A stretch of 64,000 nucleotides of DNA from an uncultured Cytophagales bacterium (GTDB lineage Bacteria; Bacteroidota; Bacteroidia; Cytophagales; Bernardetiaceae): positions 989,579 to 1,053,578 of the forward strand of contig CAVRCG010000004.1 in NCBI GenBank assembly GCA_963719525.1. Direction: 5' to 3'. Shown here in pieces: positions 30,370-40,404 of this stretch; within the stretch, counting starts at the first letter, position 1, and each line of letters opens with the position of its first letter. The notes under the pieces are model-generated. The model saw only the letters and a program-made list of their open reading frames with translations. It was not told the DNA's origin and made no database searches. The position numbers and the translations under genes are program-made.

Positions 30370-32373
30370 ATGTCCAAAAATTATACAATTAAGATTTTAA
30401 TAGTATTTCTACTTTCTATAAGTCAAAATATTTTTGCCCAAACAGAATTCTGTGCAACAGAAATTTTGCACCAACAAAAATTAGCTTCTGACCCAAATTA
30501 CAAAGCTAATTTTCAAGAAATGCAGCTTAGTTTGCAAAAACGGATAGCCGAAAAAATGGCTAATGATGCTGTTTCAAAAACAGAAAATATAGTCTATCGA
30601 ATTCCTGTAGTCTTTCATATCATCGAAACAGGAGAGCCAGTAAGTATTACAAATAATCTACAAAATTATGATATTAGAAAAGCAGTAAAAACACTCAACG
30701 AGAATTTTAGAGCTATTCATAGTGGAACAGACATAGAAATAGAGTTTGCTTTAGCTACAAGAAGTCCTGATTGTACTCCTACCACAGGTATAAATAGAAT
30801 AGATGCCTCCATGATTACAAGGTATGTGGAAAATGGAATAAATTTTAACGGACTAAGTGAGCGAGAGGTAAAAGCATTAAGATATTGGTCTAATACTGAA
30901 TATTATAATGTTTGGGTAGTCAATAAGATTGGAGATGGTGCAGGAGGTTTCTCTGCTTTCCCCGGTGGAGATCCTAAACTAGATGAAATAGTGATAGCAT
31001 CGCAAGCAATGGCTGCCCCTGCTATTCTAACCCATGAATTTGGTCATAGTTTTTTTCTTTACCATACTTTTCACCGAGCTGAAACGGGTAATGATAGCTC
31101 TGATGCAACTGATTGTCCACTAAATACAGACTGTACCAGACAAGGGGATATGATTTGTGATACAGATCCTCATGGACGTATGCTATTGGATTGCTTACCA
31201 GTAAATTGTGATAGAACTATTTCTAAAGCTACTTTTGAAAATTACATGTCTTATTGCAGATATACTGATAATTTTACACCTAACCAAAAAACTCGTATGC
31301 GTGCATCAATAGAAACATCACGAAGAGAGCTTATTGCTTCTTTGGGTGCTACTCCTTTTGACTCCAATCTTCCAATGCCTGCGTGTGTGCCTACAAATAT
31401 AGGAATAGGAAGTAAAATGGGAATAACTCGTTTTGCGTTAAACGAACTAAATGTAGTTTCTCAAGGTGCAAGACTAGAAGGAAAAAATTATTTGGATATA
31501 GTATGTAATCAAGAAATAACACTAGATTCAGGTTCAGAATATCCTATAAAAGTTGAAACTTCTCTTACTCCACACAACATAAAAGTATATGTAGATTATA
31601 ATGGCGATGGATATTTTACAGATGAAGGAGAGGAAATAACATCAGGAAATACAGAAGAAATAGAAGGCATACAAACTTTTAATAGTATTTATAAAGTGCC
31701 TTATTCAAACATAGTATTCAATCAACCTTTACGTATGCGAGTAGCTGCTTCTGCTATTACTGACGGAACTGCTACTTCTTGCGAAGTATTCAAAGGAGAA
31801 GCCGAAGATTATTCCCTTACTATCAAAAAGGTAGCTTGTACGATTGATGCTGTAGAAATAAGAACTCAAAGTGAGTGTAATTCGAAAACTAGCACTTATT
31901 CTCAATCATTAGTTATCAGTTATATAAATCAACCTCCAACAGGAAGTTTGGTAATAAATGGTCAAGGTTTTGCAATAACTGAAAGCCCTCAAACTTTAAC
32001 TCTTACTAATCTTGTGGCTGATGGTAAGCTAGTAGATATAATAGTTAACTTTTCAGACGATACAGATTGTCAGTCTGTACAAAGTGGTGTTTTTACTGCT
32101 CCTAGTCCTTGTATTAGTATAAAAAGTGGTTTATCTATTTATCCAAATCCAACTTCAAAAGAATTTTTATATAGCCTAAATTCTGATATAAAAGGAGAAC
32201 ATACAATTCGTACTTTTGATGCAATAGGGAAACTAATTTTTGAAGAAAACATAATAAAAATAGAACCAACTTTAGAAGGAATAATCAATCTAGAAAAATA
32301 TGCCAAGGGAATGTATTTACTGCAAATCTCAAATTCTGAAAATACAAAACATATTCGTATTGTAAAAGAATAA
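30370..32373 (+). CDS. M43 zinc metalloprotease paralog with a T9SS C-terminal sorting domain
   Basis: Signal peptide. THEFGHSFFLYHTF motif. GEAEDYSLTI motif. It shares the N-terminal protease, GEVED and CxxxxVRVTYSNPPTTGNLLINGQSFAITGSPQT-type domains with the 24598-29895 protein. T9SS C-terminal domain present. Confidence 0.8.
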   Translation: MSKNYTIKILIVFLLSISQNIFAQTEFCATEILHQQKLASDPNYKANFQEMQLSLQKRIAEKMANDAVSKTENIVYRIPVVFHIIETGEPVSITNNLQNYDIRKAVKTLNENFRAIHSGTDIEIEFALATRSPDCTPTTGINRIDASMITRYVENGINFNGLSEREVKALRYWSNTEYYNVWVVNKIGDGAGGFSAFPGGDPKLDEIVIASQAMAAPAILTHEFGHSFFLYHTFHRAETGNDSSDATDCPLNTDCTRQGDMICDTDPHGRMLLDCLPVNCDRTISKATFENYMSYCRYTDNFTPNQKTRMRASIETSRRELIASLGATPFDSNLPMPACVPTNIGIGSKMGITRFALNELNVVSQGARLEGKNYLDIVCNQEITLDSGSEYPIKVETSLTPHNIKVYVDYNGDGYFTDEGEEITSGNTEEIEGIQTFNSIYKVPYSNIVFNQPLRMRVAASAITDGTATSCEVFKGEAEDYSLTIKKVACTIDAVEIRTQSECNSKTSTYSQSLVISYINQPPTGSLVINGQGFAITESPQTLTLTNLVADGKLVDIIVNFSDDTDCQSVQSGVFTAPSPCISIKSGLSIYPNPTSKEFLYSLNSDIKGEHTIRTFDAIGKLIFEENIIKIEPTLEGIINLEKYAKGMYLLQISNSENTKHIRIVKE

Positions 32374-32433
32374 TTAAAATAAACCCATACAAATTCTTAT
32401 TTTTTACTTTGATGAAGTAAGAGATAAGAATTT

Positions 32434-33051
32434 TTATTTGTCTAAAAAATTCCTCGCTCCCAAGCTATCTATTTCTCGTATTTCATAGTTAATAAATTCT
32501 ATCCCAAATTTTTGCCATTGATAATTAGCTACCAAGAACTTTCCGTTTTTTTCCTGTTCAATAGTTCTGATAATACATTTTTTATTGTTTTCATTTAAAG
32601 AATCAATCAAATAAGCAGGCGCAAAATCTACTAAAGGCTTGCTCATTCTAGAACCTAACCACAACGGACGTATTTTTCCTTCAATAATCTTAAACAAAAA
32701 AAGTCGTTTTCGTAAGTTCTTGTCAAAACGAGTTTCTTTGATTACACCAACCCAAATATCACCTTGTCCGTCGTTATCTGCATCGGCTATTTGAAAATTG
32801 TAAACTGGATAAGGTAATTTCCATTCATCTAAAATCATATTTTTATTTGTATCATCTTTATTCAAAAAAGTTTGAATTACAAAGCTAAGTTTGTTTTTTG
32901 CACTTTCTTTTTTAGAATTAATTTCAATCAAACGAACACCTATTTCTTGTCCGTCTTTAAGAGTAGTATAAAAACTATTTTCTTCTTCTTTCTTTTGACA
33001 ATCAGAAAACAGAAAAATTAAGAAAGCAAAATAGATAAAACGAAACTGCAT
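32434..33051 (-). CDS. Hypothetical lipoprotein (contains a DADNDGQGD calcium-binding-like loop)
   Basis: Signal peptide ending in FSDC. No confident family. Confidence 0.45.
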   Translation of the reverse strand: MQFRFIYFAFLIFLFSDCQKKEEENSFYTTLKDGQEIGVRLIEINSKKESAKNKLSFVIQTFLNKDDTNKNMILDEWKLPYPVYNFQIADADNDGQGDIWVGVIKETRFDKNLRKRLFLFKIIEGKIRPLWLGSRMSKPLVDFAPAYLIDSLNENNKKCIIRTIEQEKNGKFLVANYQWQKFGIEFINYEIREIDSLGARNFLDK

Positions 33052-33214
33052 GTAGCTTACTCTTTAGAGTGAGAAATAATGTACCGTAAACTTTAGTTTT
33101 CGGCTAAAACGTAGTTCAAATCTAAATGAAAATATAATTTTATCTAAACAAGAAACTACTTTTTTACGTTTTTATAATCAAAATCCTATTAGAAGCCTAT
33201 AAAAATACCATTTT

Positions 33215-33790
33215 ATGCACGATATAGAACCTTTCTTTGGTTGGGAATTTAACTATGATTCAAATGAAGATGAGCGTTCGCCTTTTCATAAAGCCGAGTA
33301 CGATACCAATCAATACACAAACACAATTTACGGATATTATATTCATCCCTATTGGGATTATATAGAATCCGAAACGCTATATGTAAAAGTTTTGATGGCA
33401 GATTATCATCGAAATTTTGTCATCATAGAATTTATTGGAGAATGGAACGATGCGTTGCACAATGATATAATGTATTTAAAGAGGAATGTAATTGATCATT
33501 TTACGCAGCAAGGAATTATTCATTTTATTTTGATAGGCGAAAACATACTTAATTTTCACGGTTCGGACGATGAATATTATGAAGAATGGTTTGAAGATGT
33601 AGAAAATGGTTGGATTGTTCTACTGAATTTCAGAGAATTTGTACTTAGAGAAATGAATGCTTTTAATTTGGATTCCTATCTTATTTGGGGAGGAATTTTG
33701 GATGAATTAGATACGTGGCGCACCACAGACCCACGAAAATTATTTGAATTTGTTAAGAAAGAAGTAGAGAAGCGAATTGCTTTATTTTAG
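33215..33790 (+). CDS. Hypothetical acidic cytoplasmic protein (191 aa)
   Basis: ORF with no recognisable motifs. Its 3' end overlaps the convergent TPR gene by 9 nt. Confidence 0.4.
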   Translation: MHDIEPFFGWEFNYDSNEDERSPFHKAEYDTNQYTNTIYGYYIHPYWDYIESETLYVKVLMADYHRNFVIIEFIGEWNDALHNDIMYLKRNVIDHFTQQGIIHFILIGENILNFHGSDDEYYEEWFEDVENGWIVLLNFREFVLREMNAFNLDSYLIWGGILDELDTWRTTDPRKLFEFVKKEVEKRIALF

Positions 33791-36052
33791 AGTTTGTTTT
33801 ATTTGTTCTTTTACAGATCGTATCTTATAATGGTCTTCCTCAAACTTTTTTAAATAGATTTTCAATGCTTTTTGATAATGCTGATTTGCTTCTTGATTTT
33901 TATTTTGTTGTTTTGCTAAATCTCCATAAGCAACCTCAATATCTGCGAAATTAGTATGGTCTTTATCGATTTTATCAAATAAATCTTGATTCATTTTCAA
34001 GGAAACAACAAGATTATTTTCTGATTTTTGATATTCCTTTTTCAAAATATACAGTTTTGCCATATTAAGGTGTAAAGTAGCCAAAGAAGGATTTGAGGTT
34101 TTGAAAATAGCTTGGTGAATTTCTAAAGATTGATGAAAAAGACTATCAGCTTGAATGTATTTTTTATTATTCATTTCTAATAAACCTAAACCGTTTAAAG
34201 CAATTCCTGTAGTAAGAGCTTTTGTATCATTGTGTTTTTCATCTACTTTAATTACTATTTCATATATTTTTCTTGAAATAAAATAATTTCCTGCTGAATA
34301 ATTCAGATAAGCGAGTTCATTACCAAAGTGATCTAAACCACTAGAGTTTTGTCCTTCTAATGTTGGTATTTTCTCATTTGCTTGTTTAGCATAATTTTCT
34401 ACTTCGTCTAATTTGGAAAGATTTACCTTTGTAATTGCCAACTGAACTAGTAATTTGAGCGTTTTAGAACTGTTTTCTGATTTGTTTTCACTTATACCGA
34501 AAGCTTCTTGATATTGCTTTTCGGCTTCTTTGTAATTACTCAAAACAGAATTTAAGTTTGCATAAGTAGCCAAACAGCTTACATAATTGGCATTATCTCC
34601 CATATACCTGCTTATTTTTGTAGCTTCTTTTATGTATTTTTCGGCTTCTTCATAATTTCCTAACTGAATATTTATTTGTGAACGCAAAATTTTGCAAGTT
34701 CCTACATTAGTCATTCCTTTTTTGCCTAATTTTTCATACATTCCTATACATTCTAAAAAAATAGAATCTGCTTTTTTGTAGTTGTGAAGTTGAATCTGTG
34801 CATTTGCATAATATATGCAAGTTACCATATATGTATCACTATTTTTATCTTCTGAATAATGAAATACTTTTTGATAAGATTGTATAGCTTTATCTGTTTT
34901 TGATAGTTTAACATAATTCTTGCCCATTTCCATATAGTTTTCAGCCAAATCTTGTTTAATACTTGTATTTAGAGAGTCTTGCAACTGAATGTCAATTGAA
35001 GATTCATAATAATTATTTGATTTTTCATAAAGACCTCTCATAGCTAAAGACCTTGCAGTTACACTATAAGCAAAACTGATTTTGTTTGAATCAACATTTA
35101 AAGAATTAATTAATGAAAAAGCCTTATTAAACTCTCTATCAGCTTTTTCAAATTGATTCAAGTAGCTTAAAGTTTTTCCGATATTAGCAAAAGAAACCAC
35201 ATTTTGCTGTTCCCATTGTCCATCATTTAGATTATAAATATAAAGAATTTGATGTGCTATTTTATAATTTTTTAGTGCTTGCTGATCATCATCATTTTCT
35301 AAATTATCATTCGCCAAATTAGTATAAGCAGTATAAAGTCTAACATATACACCATTCATATTTCTTAAAGGTAACTTTTTCAAAAAAGTAGTATCTAATT
35401 CTCCATTCTCTAAAAAAATAGGATTATCAGGAAGTAAAAATCCTCTTCTACCTTCTAATTCAGCCATTAATGAATATTGAACAGCTTTATCGTAATTTTC
35501 ATTATCTATTTCTTTTTGTGATTTTCCATGATATTTTGCCATATTCAGATTGTGCTGCATTCTTTCACTACTTGCATTCATAGAGCGAATCAAATCATTG
35601 TAAGGTTCGAACTCTATAGGAATGTAAAAGAAAAAACAAGTGAAAATAAGAATGACAAAAGAACGAATTAAGATAGGTTTATTACTTTTCGTGAAAGTAG
35701 GATTATTCCTTTCTCTAATTAGTAAAATTAATAAAACTATAAAAAATAAAATATTCACAAAGGGAAGGTAAAATATAATTTCATTTGGAGTAACTATTAT
35801 CCTAGTCCAAAAGCAAATAAGAGCAATACCAAAAGCAAAACCTGCAAAAATAGAAATAGCTCTGTTTTCAGTTTCTTCTCCATCATTTTGTTTCTTTTTG
35901 AATAACCAGTAACCACCAATAAAATAAGAAAGAGCCAAGAGAGTATTTGCTGAAAACAAAATTATCAAGGCTATATCTTCGCTTACGTTGAAAAATTGAA
36001 GGATAATAGCGATGATAAACAAGGTAAGAATGATAATTTCGTATAATTTCAT
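33782..36052 (-). CDS. Membrane-anchored tetratricopeptide-repeat protein (about 4 N-terminal TM helices + TPR array)
   Basis: Hydrophobic N-terminal segments followed by many TPR-like repeats (…YYESSIDIQL…, …NMAKLYILKKEYQKSE…). Confidence 0.7.
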   Translation of the reverse strand: MKLYEIIILTLFIIAIILQFFNVSEDIALIILFSANTLLALSYFIGGYWLFKKKQNDGEETENRAISIFAGFAFGIALICFWTRIIVTPNEIIFYLPFVNILFFIVLLILLIRERNNPTFTKSNKPILIRSFVILIFTCFFFYIPIEFEPYNDLIRSMNASSERMQHNLNMAKYHGKSQKEIDNENYDKAVQYSLMAELEGRRGFLLPDNPIFLENGELDTTFLKKLPLRNMNGVYVRLYTAYTNLANDNLENDDDQQALKNYKIAHQILYIYNLNDGQWEQQNVVSFANIGKTLSYLNQFEKADREFNKAFSLINSLNVDSNKISFAYSVTARSLAMRGLYEKSNNYYESSIDIQLQDSLNTSIKQDLAENYMEMGKNYVKLSKTDKAIQSYQKVFHYSEDKNSDTYMVTCIYYANAQIQLHNYKKADSIFLECIGMYEKLGKKGMTNVGTCKILRSQINIQLGNYEEAEKYIKEATKISRYMGDNANYVSCLATYANLNSVLSNYKEAEKQYQEAFGISENKSENSSKTLKLLVQLAITKVNLSKLDEVENYAKQANEKIPTLEGQNSSGLDHFGNELAYLNYSAGNYFISRKIYEIVIKVDEKHNDTKALTTGIALNGLGLLEMNNKKYIQADSLFHQSLEIHQAIFKTSNPSLATLHLNMAKLYILKKEYQKSENNLVVSLKMNQDLFDKIDKDHTNFADIEVAYGDLAKQQNKNQEANQHYQKALKIYLKKFEEDHYKIRSVKEQIKQTLK

Positions 36053-36252
36053 GAATTTTTTTCTATGATTTTTTTGAACTATATGTTCAATCTAATTTTT
36101 AGTATGTACGTTGTTAAATTAGAAAAGGTTGAGTTTAGCTTTTAATTGCAATGAATTTTTAATTGACTTTCAAAAGCAAATTCGAAGTCCATTTCTACAA
36201 CTATATTTCATTCGTTAACTCTAAACTCTACCTTCTAAAATCTAAATTTGTT

Positions 36253-38574
36253 TTACTTCTCCGTCTGAATAAGCATAAAAGCACCCCAATAAAAAGGCTC
36301 TGGATATTCTTTTTTAAGTTTTGCTTGTGCTTTTCTGAAGGCTTCGTTTACATTCGAATTCAAATTATTATTTTCTGTCAGATTTTGGTAAAAATACGTC
36401 ATTAATTTTGCTGTCGCTTCGTCACTCACTTGCCAAAGACTCATAATTGTCGATTTTGCACCTGCCAATTGAAACGCTCTTTGCAGACCATAAACGCCTT
36501 CTCCTGCTTTCACATCGCCCAAACCTGTTTCGCAAGCTGACAAAATTACTAAATCTGTTCCTTCCAAATTTAGTCCTCTTGCTTCGTAGGCTGTCAAAAT
36601 TCCATTATTACTCTCCGTTTTGTCCTTCGAATTTTTGTCTTCTAAAGCTGATTCTGCACCCGTAAGCATCAAACCAGAACGTAAAAGTGGGTTTTGGCGA
36701 ACCAAATTTGCTTGCAAACCAAACGAACGAGCATTCTCTCCAACAGAAATTGCGTGGTCTTCTAAGAAAAAACCGTGTGTAGCAATATGTAAAATACGAG
36801 GATTCTGAATGGCTTTAATGGTTTTCTCATCTGCCGAATTTCCCATAATTACCTCTACTTTTTGCTTATTTTTTTGTAGTAATTTTTGGATTGCTTCTAC
36901 TTCTGTTTTTGTACCAAGAAGTGGATTAATTCTTCCTTTATTTCCATAATTAGGAAAACCTACTAAAACTATTTTATCATTAGCAGAAGAATTAATTTCA
37001 CTTTTTTCTTTTGTCAAATCTTTTAAATTATTCAGAAAAACTAGGTTTTGATGGTCAATTAAATAAGAACCGTCAGAAAGTAGTAATGTATTCAGATTAA
37101 TTTGATTATAAATTCCATCTAAAGAAACAAATATTTTTTCTGTCTTTTCCTTTGCTTTTATAGCTTCCAATTCTTCATAAATCGGTTTCCAATAAGCGTT
37201 AAAACTATCTTCGTCTTCTATTTTTATTTGAATCGTATTTTTATGATACTCAAAATCTCCTTTATCCAATTCTTCACTATTTTTCAAAATTATCATCTTT
37301 GGAGAAGCAAAATTTGGCGTTCCAATCAAAGCGACATAATTTGTTTTACCTAGTTTATCATTTTGATAGTTGGGAAAAGTAATTATATCTACGAAAGCCG
37401 TTTTCTGTGGCAATGCCTTTTTGATGTCTGGATAGGTTTTGAAATCACTTTCTTTGAAAAGTTCTGGCAAACTTGCTGATAGATTTTTTTCAATTTGATT
37501 GGTTTCTTTTTCCAATCCATCTCTATCAATTCCTTGTTCTTTGAGTTCTTCTGGATTGTAGGAATAAAGTTCGATAAGCTGTTCTCTATTACTAATCCAT
37601 TTTTGATAATCGTCTTTCAGTTTTTGATTCGAACCTTTCATAACACTTTCCTTAATTCTGTTTGTAGAGTTTAACAAAATTGCCTTTGTTGCCAAATGTG
37701 AATTGTGCATTTGCGTAACCAAAGAAGGATATTTGTTTGGGTATTTTGTTTCCGTATCGATTACAAAATTATAAAAACGCAAAAAAGTAGGACGGATTTT
37801 GTCCCAATATTTCTCTTTTTCTGTTTCACTCATGGCAGGAAAATAGCTTTTTACAAAGTCGTAATTATGAGCAATTACATTTTCAAACAAGATTTTACTT
37901 TTCTCAATTTCATTCTGTTTCCAATACAAAAGAGCTAATTGTTCTTGTGTTTCGATAGTCTTGACGTGATTTGCTCCCAACTGTTTTGCTCTAATTTCTA
38001 ATGCTGTTTTAAGTTGCTTTTCCGATTCATTTAGCTTTTTCTTATTATCAAACGTTCTATAAAACTGACCTAAATAATTACTCGCAGTTGCATAAGAAAG
38101 ATTATCATCGCCTAACTGTTTCTCATAAATTCGTTGTGCTTCTAAAAGCAAATCCTCTGTTTTCTCATTCTTGCCCATTTCTATATAAAGAGCTGCCAAA
38201 CCAGTTAGCATGTGCGCCAAATCTGGATGGTTTCTTGTTCCAATTCGTTTTTCTTTTAATTTTATACTTTGTAAAAAAAGCTGTTCGGCTTCATCGTAAC
38301 GTTTCATTTGTTGGTACAAAAGAGCCTGATTAATCAGAAAACGCTGATAGGTATTTGATTTTCCCTTTAAAGTAAGAGCTGCAATTTCCATTGCTTGCGA
38401 TAGATATTTTTCTGCTTCTTGATAGCGTCCCAATTCTTGAAACAGAATCGCTTGATTGTTCAGAACGATAGCAGACGAAACCGTTTTATCACTTTTATTT
38501 TTGGCTTGAATTTCTTTTATTTCTACAAACTGCTTTTCAGATTCGGTATAAAGTCCTTTATCTTTCCAAATCAT
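36253..38574 (-). CDS. TPR + CHAT-domain (caspase-like) protease, C-terminal segment; continuous with 38606-39226 after a 1-nt correction
   Basis: TPR repeats. Then the CHAT catalytic region …RILHIATHGFF… and …LVILSACETGLGDVKAGEGVYGLQRAF…. Confidence 0.7.
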   Translation of the reverse strand: MIWKDKGLYTESEKQFVEIKEIQAKNKSDKTVSSAIVLNNQAILFQELGRYQEAEKYLSQAMEIAALTLKGKSNTYQRFLINQALLYQQMKRYDEAEQLFLQSIKLKEKRIGTRNHPDLAHMLTGLAALYIEMGKNEKTEDLLLEAQRIYEKQLGDDNLSYATASNYLGQFYRTFDNKKKLNESEKQLKTALEIRAKQLGANHVKTIETQEQLALLYWKQNEIEKSKILFENVIAHNYDFVKSYFPAMSETEKEKYWDKIRPTFLRFYNFVIDTETKYPNKYPSLVTQMHNSHLATKAILLNSTNRIKESVMKGSNQKLKDDYQKWISNREQLIELYSYNPEELKEQGIDRDGLEKETNQIEKNLSASLPELFKESDFKTYPDIKKALPQKTAFVDIITFPNYQNDKLGKTNYVALIGTPNFASPKMIILKNSEELDKGDFEYHKNTIQIKIEDEDSFNAYWKPIYEELEAIKAKEKTEKIFVSLDGIYNQINLNTLLLSDGSYLIDHQNLVFLNNLKDLTKEKSEINSSANDKIVLVGFPNYGNKGRINPLLGTKTEVEAIQKLLQKNKQKVEVIMGNSADEKTIKAIQNPRILHIATHGFFLEDHAISVGENARSFGLQANLVRQNPLLRSGLMLTGAESALEDKNSKDKTESNNGILTAYEARGLNLEGTDLVILSACETGLGDVKAGEGVYGLQRAFQLAGAKSTIMSLWQVSDEATAKLMTYFYQNLTENNNLNSNVNEAFRKAQAKLKKEYPEPFYWGAFMLIQTEK

Positions 38575-38605
38575 TGCTTGATTGTTGAGTGCAGCCGTAT
38601 AATTT

Positions 38606-39226
38606 TCATTTTTTTCCTTCTGACTTAACTGTAATGCTTGTTGAATATAATTTTCTGCCTTCTTCGATCTGTTTAGTTGTATAATAAAGCAAACCCAAAT
38701 TATTGATAAGTTTTGGATATAATGGATGTGAGGTTTTGTTCAATCGTTTAAATTCTTGTTCTGACTTCAAAAAACTCTGTTCTGCACGTTTGTAAGAACG
38801 AGAAGAATAAGCAATTTCTCCCAAATCATAAAAATCTTTTGCAGCCTGTAAAGGGTCGTTTGAGTTTTGGTCAGTTACTCCAGATTCGTCAGAAAGACGA
38901 ACCAAAAGACGCTTTGTTTTTTGTCCTTTTTGTTTTTCTTCATACAAATCAGTATTGTCTATAAAAGCAATCGCATAACCAAAAGTAGCTGTATCATACG
39001 AAGTTCGAAGTTCTGTAAGTTCTTCATTTACAATGTTTTCAGCTCGTTCTTCTACTTTATCCTCTGCTTCATTGAGTATTTTGTCTTGCAATTTTTCTGC
39101 TTTTTCTTCTGCTTTTTTCTTGATTTTATCCAGCCAACCTTGAGCGTACAGATTGGTAGAAAATAAGATTGAAATTGTGAAAATAAGAGAGAGTACAGAG
39201 AGTTTAAAAAATAATTGATTTTTCAT
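38606..39226 (-). CDS. N-terminal segment of the TPR-CHAT protein (signal peptide + coiled-coil + first TPR); separated from the rest by a frameshift in a T7/A7 homopolymer at 38609-38615
   Basis: Signal peptide MKNQLFFKLSVLSLIFTISILFSTNLYAQG. The ORF ends …SEGKK* inside an A7 run. The next frame reads …ENYTAALNNQAMIWKDKGLY…, continuing the TPR pattern. Confidence 0.65.
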   Translation of the reverse strand: MKNQLFFKLSVLSLIFTISILFSTNLYAQGWLDKIKKKAEEKAEKLQDKILNEAEDKVEERAENIVNEELTELRTSYDTATFGYAIAFIDNTDLYEEKQKGQKTKRLLVRLSDESGVTDQNSNDPLQAAKDFYDLGEIAYSSRSYKRAEQSFLKSEQEFKRLNKTSHPLYPKLINNLGLLYYTTKQIEEGRKLYSTSITVKSEGKK

Positions 39227-39444
39227 AATTGAACAAGTATAAATGAATGTAAATTTTGGTGTGTTTTATTTATATAACGTTGGAAGTCAGTATTTTGTGT
39301 TGATTGCATAAAAAATGGAAATCTTGTAACTGAATTTGTTAAACAATCTACACTACAACTATGTTCTACTTTCACAGATTCTCAAAAATCAGTTAGAAAA
39401 TCTATTTTTTTAGACTTTATTTTTTAAACTTATTTTTTATCATT

Positions 39445-39882
39445 ATGCTAACTCAAAAAAACTCGTTATTATTCGCTCTTTTATTCTCTTTCGCTTTCTT
39501 TTTTTCATCGTGTGCCAAAAAAACAGTTTCTCAAGGAACTGATATGATGGATGACAAAGTAGCTGTAGATGCTCGTGTAACCAATAAATACACACAAGAT
39601 GTAGGTGGAACAATGAAATATTTTGCTGTTCTGTATTATTTTGCTTCTCCAGAAGTGGATGATTCAGAAAAGAACACAAACGGAGAAAATCAAAATTTAT
39701 CAGACGTTTTGGAAGATATTGGAGAAGGAATTGAAAACACAGGAAAAGAATTAGGAAGAACAGATAATCTGACTTCGACAAGTGTGGAAGTTACCAAAAA
39801 TCAGTATGATAATATGAATGTAGGACAAGATGTAGATATTTATTATTCTACCGAAAATAAGAAAAATGTTACTATCCGTTAA
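39445..39882 (+). CDS. Hypothetical lipoprotein (145 aa)
   Basis: Lipoprotein signal peptide (…FFFSSCAKK). Acidic, low-complexity mature part. Confidence 0.5.
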   Translation: MLTQKNSLLFALLFSFAFFFSSCAKKTVSQGTDMMDDKVAVDARVTNKYTQDVGGTMKYFAVLYYFASPEVDDSEKNTNGENQNLSDVLEDIGEGIENTGKELGRTDNLTSTSVEVTKNQYDNMNVGQDVDIYYSTENKKNVTIR

Positions 39883-39957
39883 GAAATAAGTAGCCGACAG
39901 TTTTCAACTGTCGTAAAAGTACGTATTTCTGACACTTGGAAAGTGTCAGCTACGTTA

Positions 39958-39995
39958 AATCACAAATCAAATTCGTTTGGTTTGTGATTTTTTTG
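39958..39995 (+). terminator. Rho-independent terminator (CACAAATCAAA…TTTGGTTTGTG + T7), preceded by two further hairpins at 39893-39949
   Basis: Stem-loop and T-run downstream of the lipoprotein gene. The first hairpin (TAGCCGACAGTTT…) resembles the ctp terminator at 4095. Confidence 0.5.
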
Positions 39996-40137
39996 TTTTA
40001 GACAAAACTGAATTAGAAATTTTGAGTTTACATAAAGTGGAAGTAAAGAAATAAAGAGAAATGTAAACTATAAAAAGTAAAATCACGTTTGTAGAAGTAA
40101 CGTTACTTAAAATACTATTACTATAAATCAAAAAGAT

Positions 40138-40353
40138 ATGCGAGATCAAGAAATATACTCAAAATTATTCTTATTAAATTCAGAAAATTTGAAACAAGAA
40201 CTACTCAATTTTATGGATTATTTGCTTACAAAACAGTTTGAAGAAGTATCAACAAAGAAAATTCCTCAGTTTGGTTGTGCGAAGGGAAAGTTTAGAATGA
40301 GTGATGATTTTGATGAGCCTTTAGACCATTTTGATGACTACATGCCTAATTGA
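40138..40353 (+). CDS. DUF2281-like antitoxin-type small protein (orphan; no adjacent PIN/toxin gene)
   Basis: C-terminal …GCAKGKFRMSDDFDEPLDHFDDYM matches the GSAKG-x-MSDDFDAPL-x-F-x-YM signature I recall for DUF2281 antitoxins. Family recalled from memory, not searched. Confidence 0.45.
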   Translation: MRDQEIYSKLFLLNSENLKQELLNFMDYLLTKQFEEVSTKKIPQFGCAKGKFRMSDDFDEPLDHFDDYMPN

Positions 40354-40404
40354 TTAGAACAGATAATTTAAAAAGAATATTCCACTCAATTACAAAACAA
40401 AACT

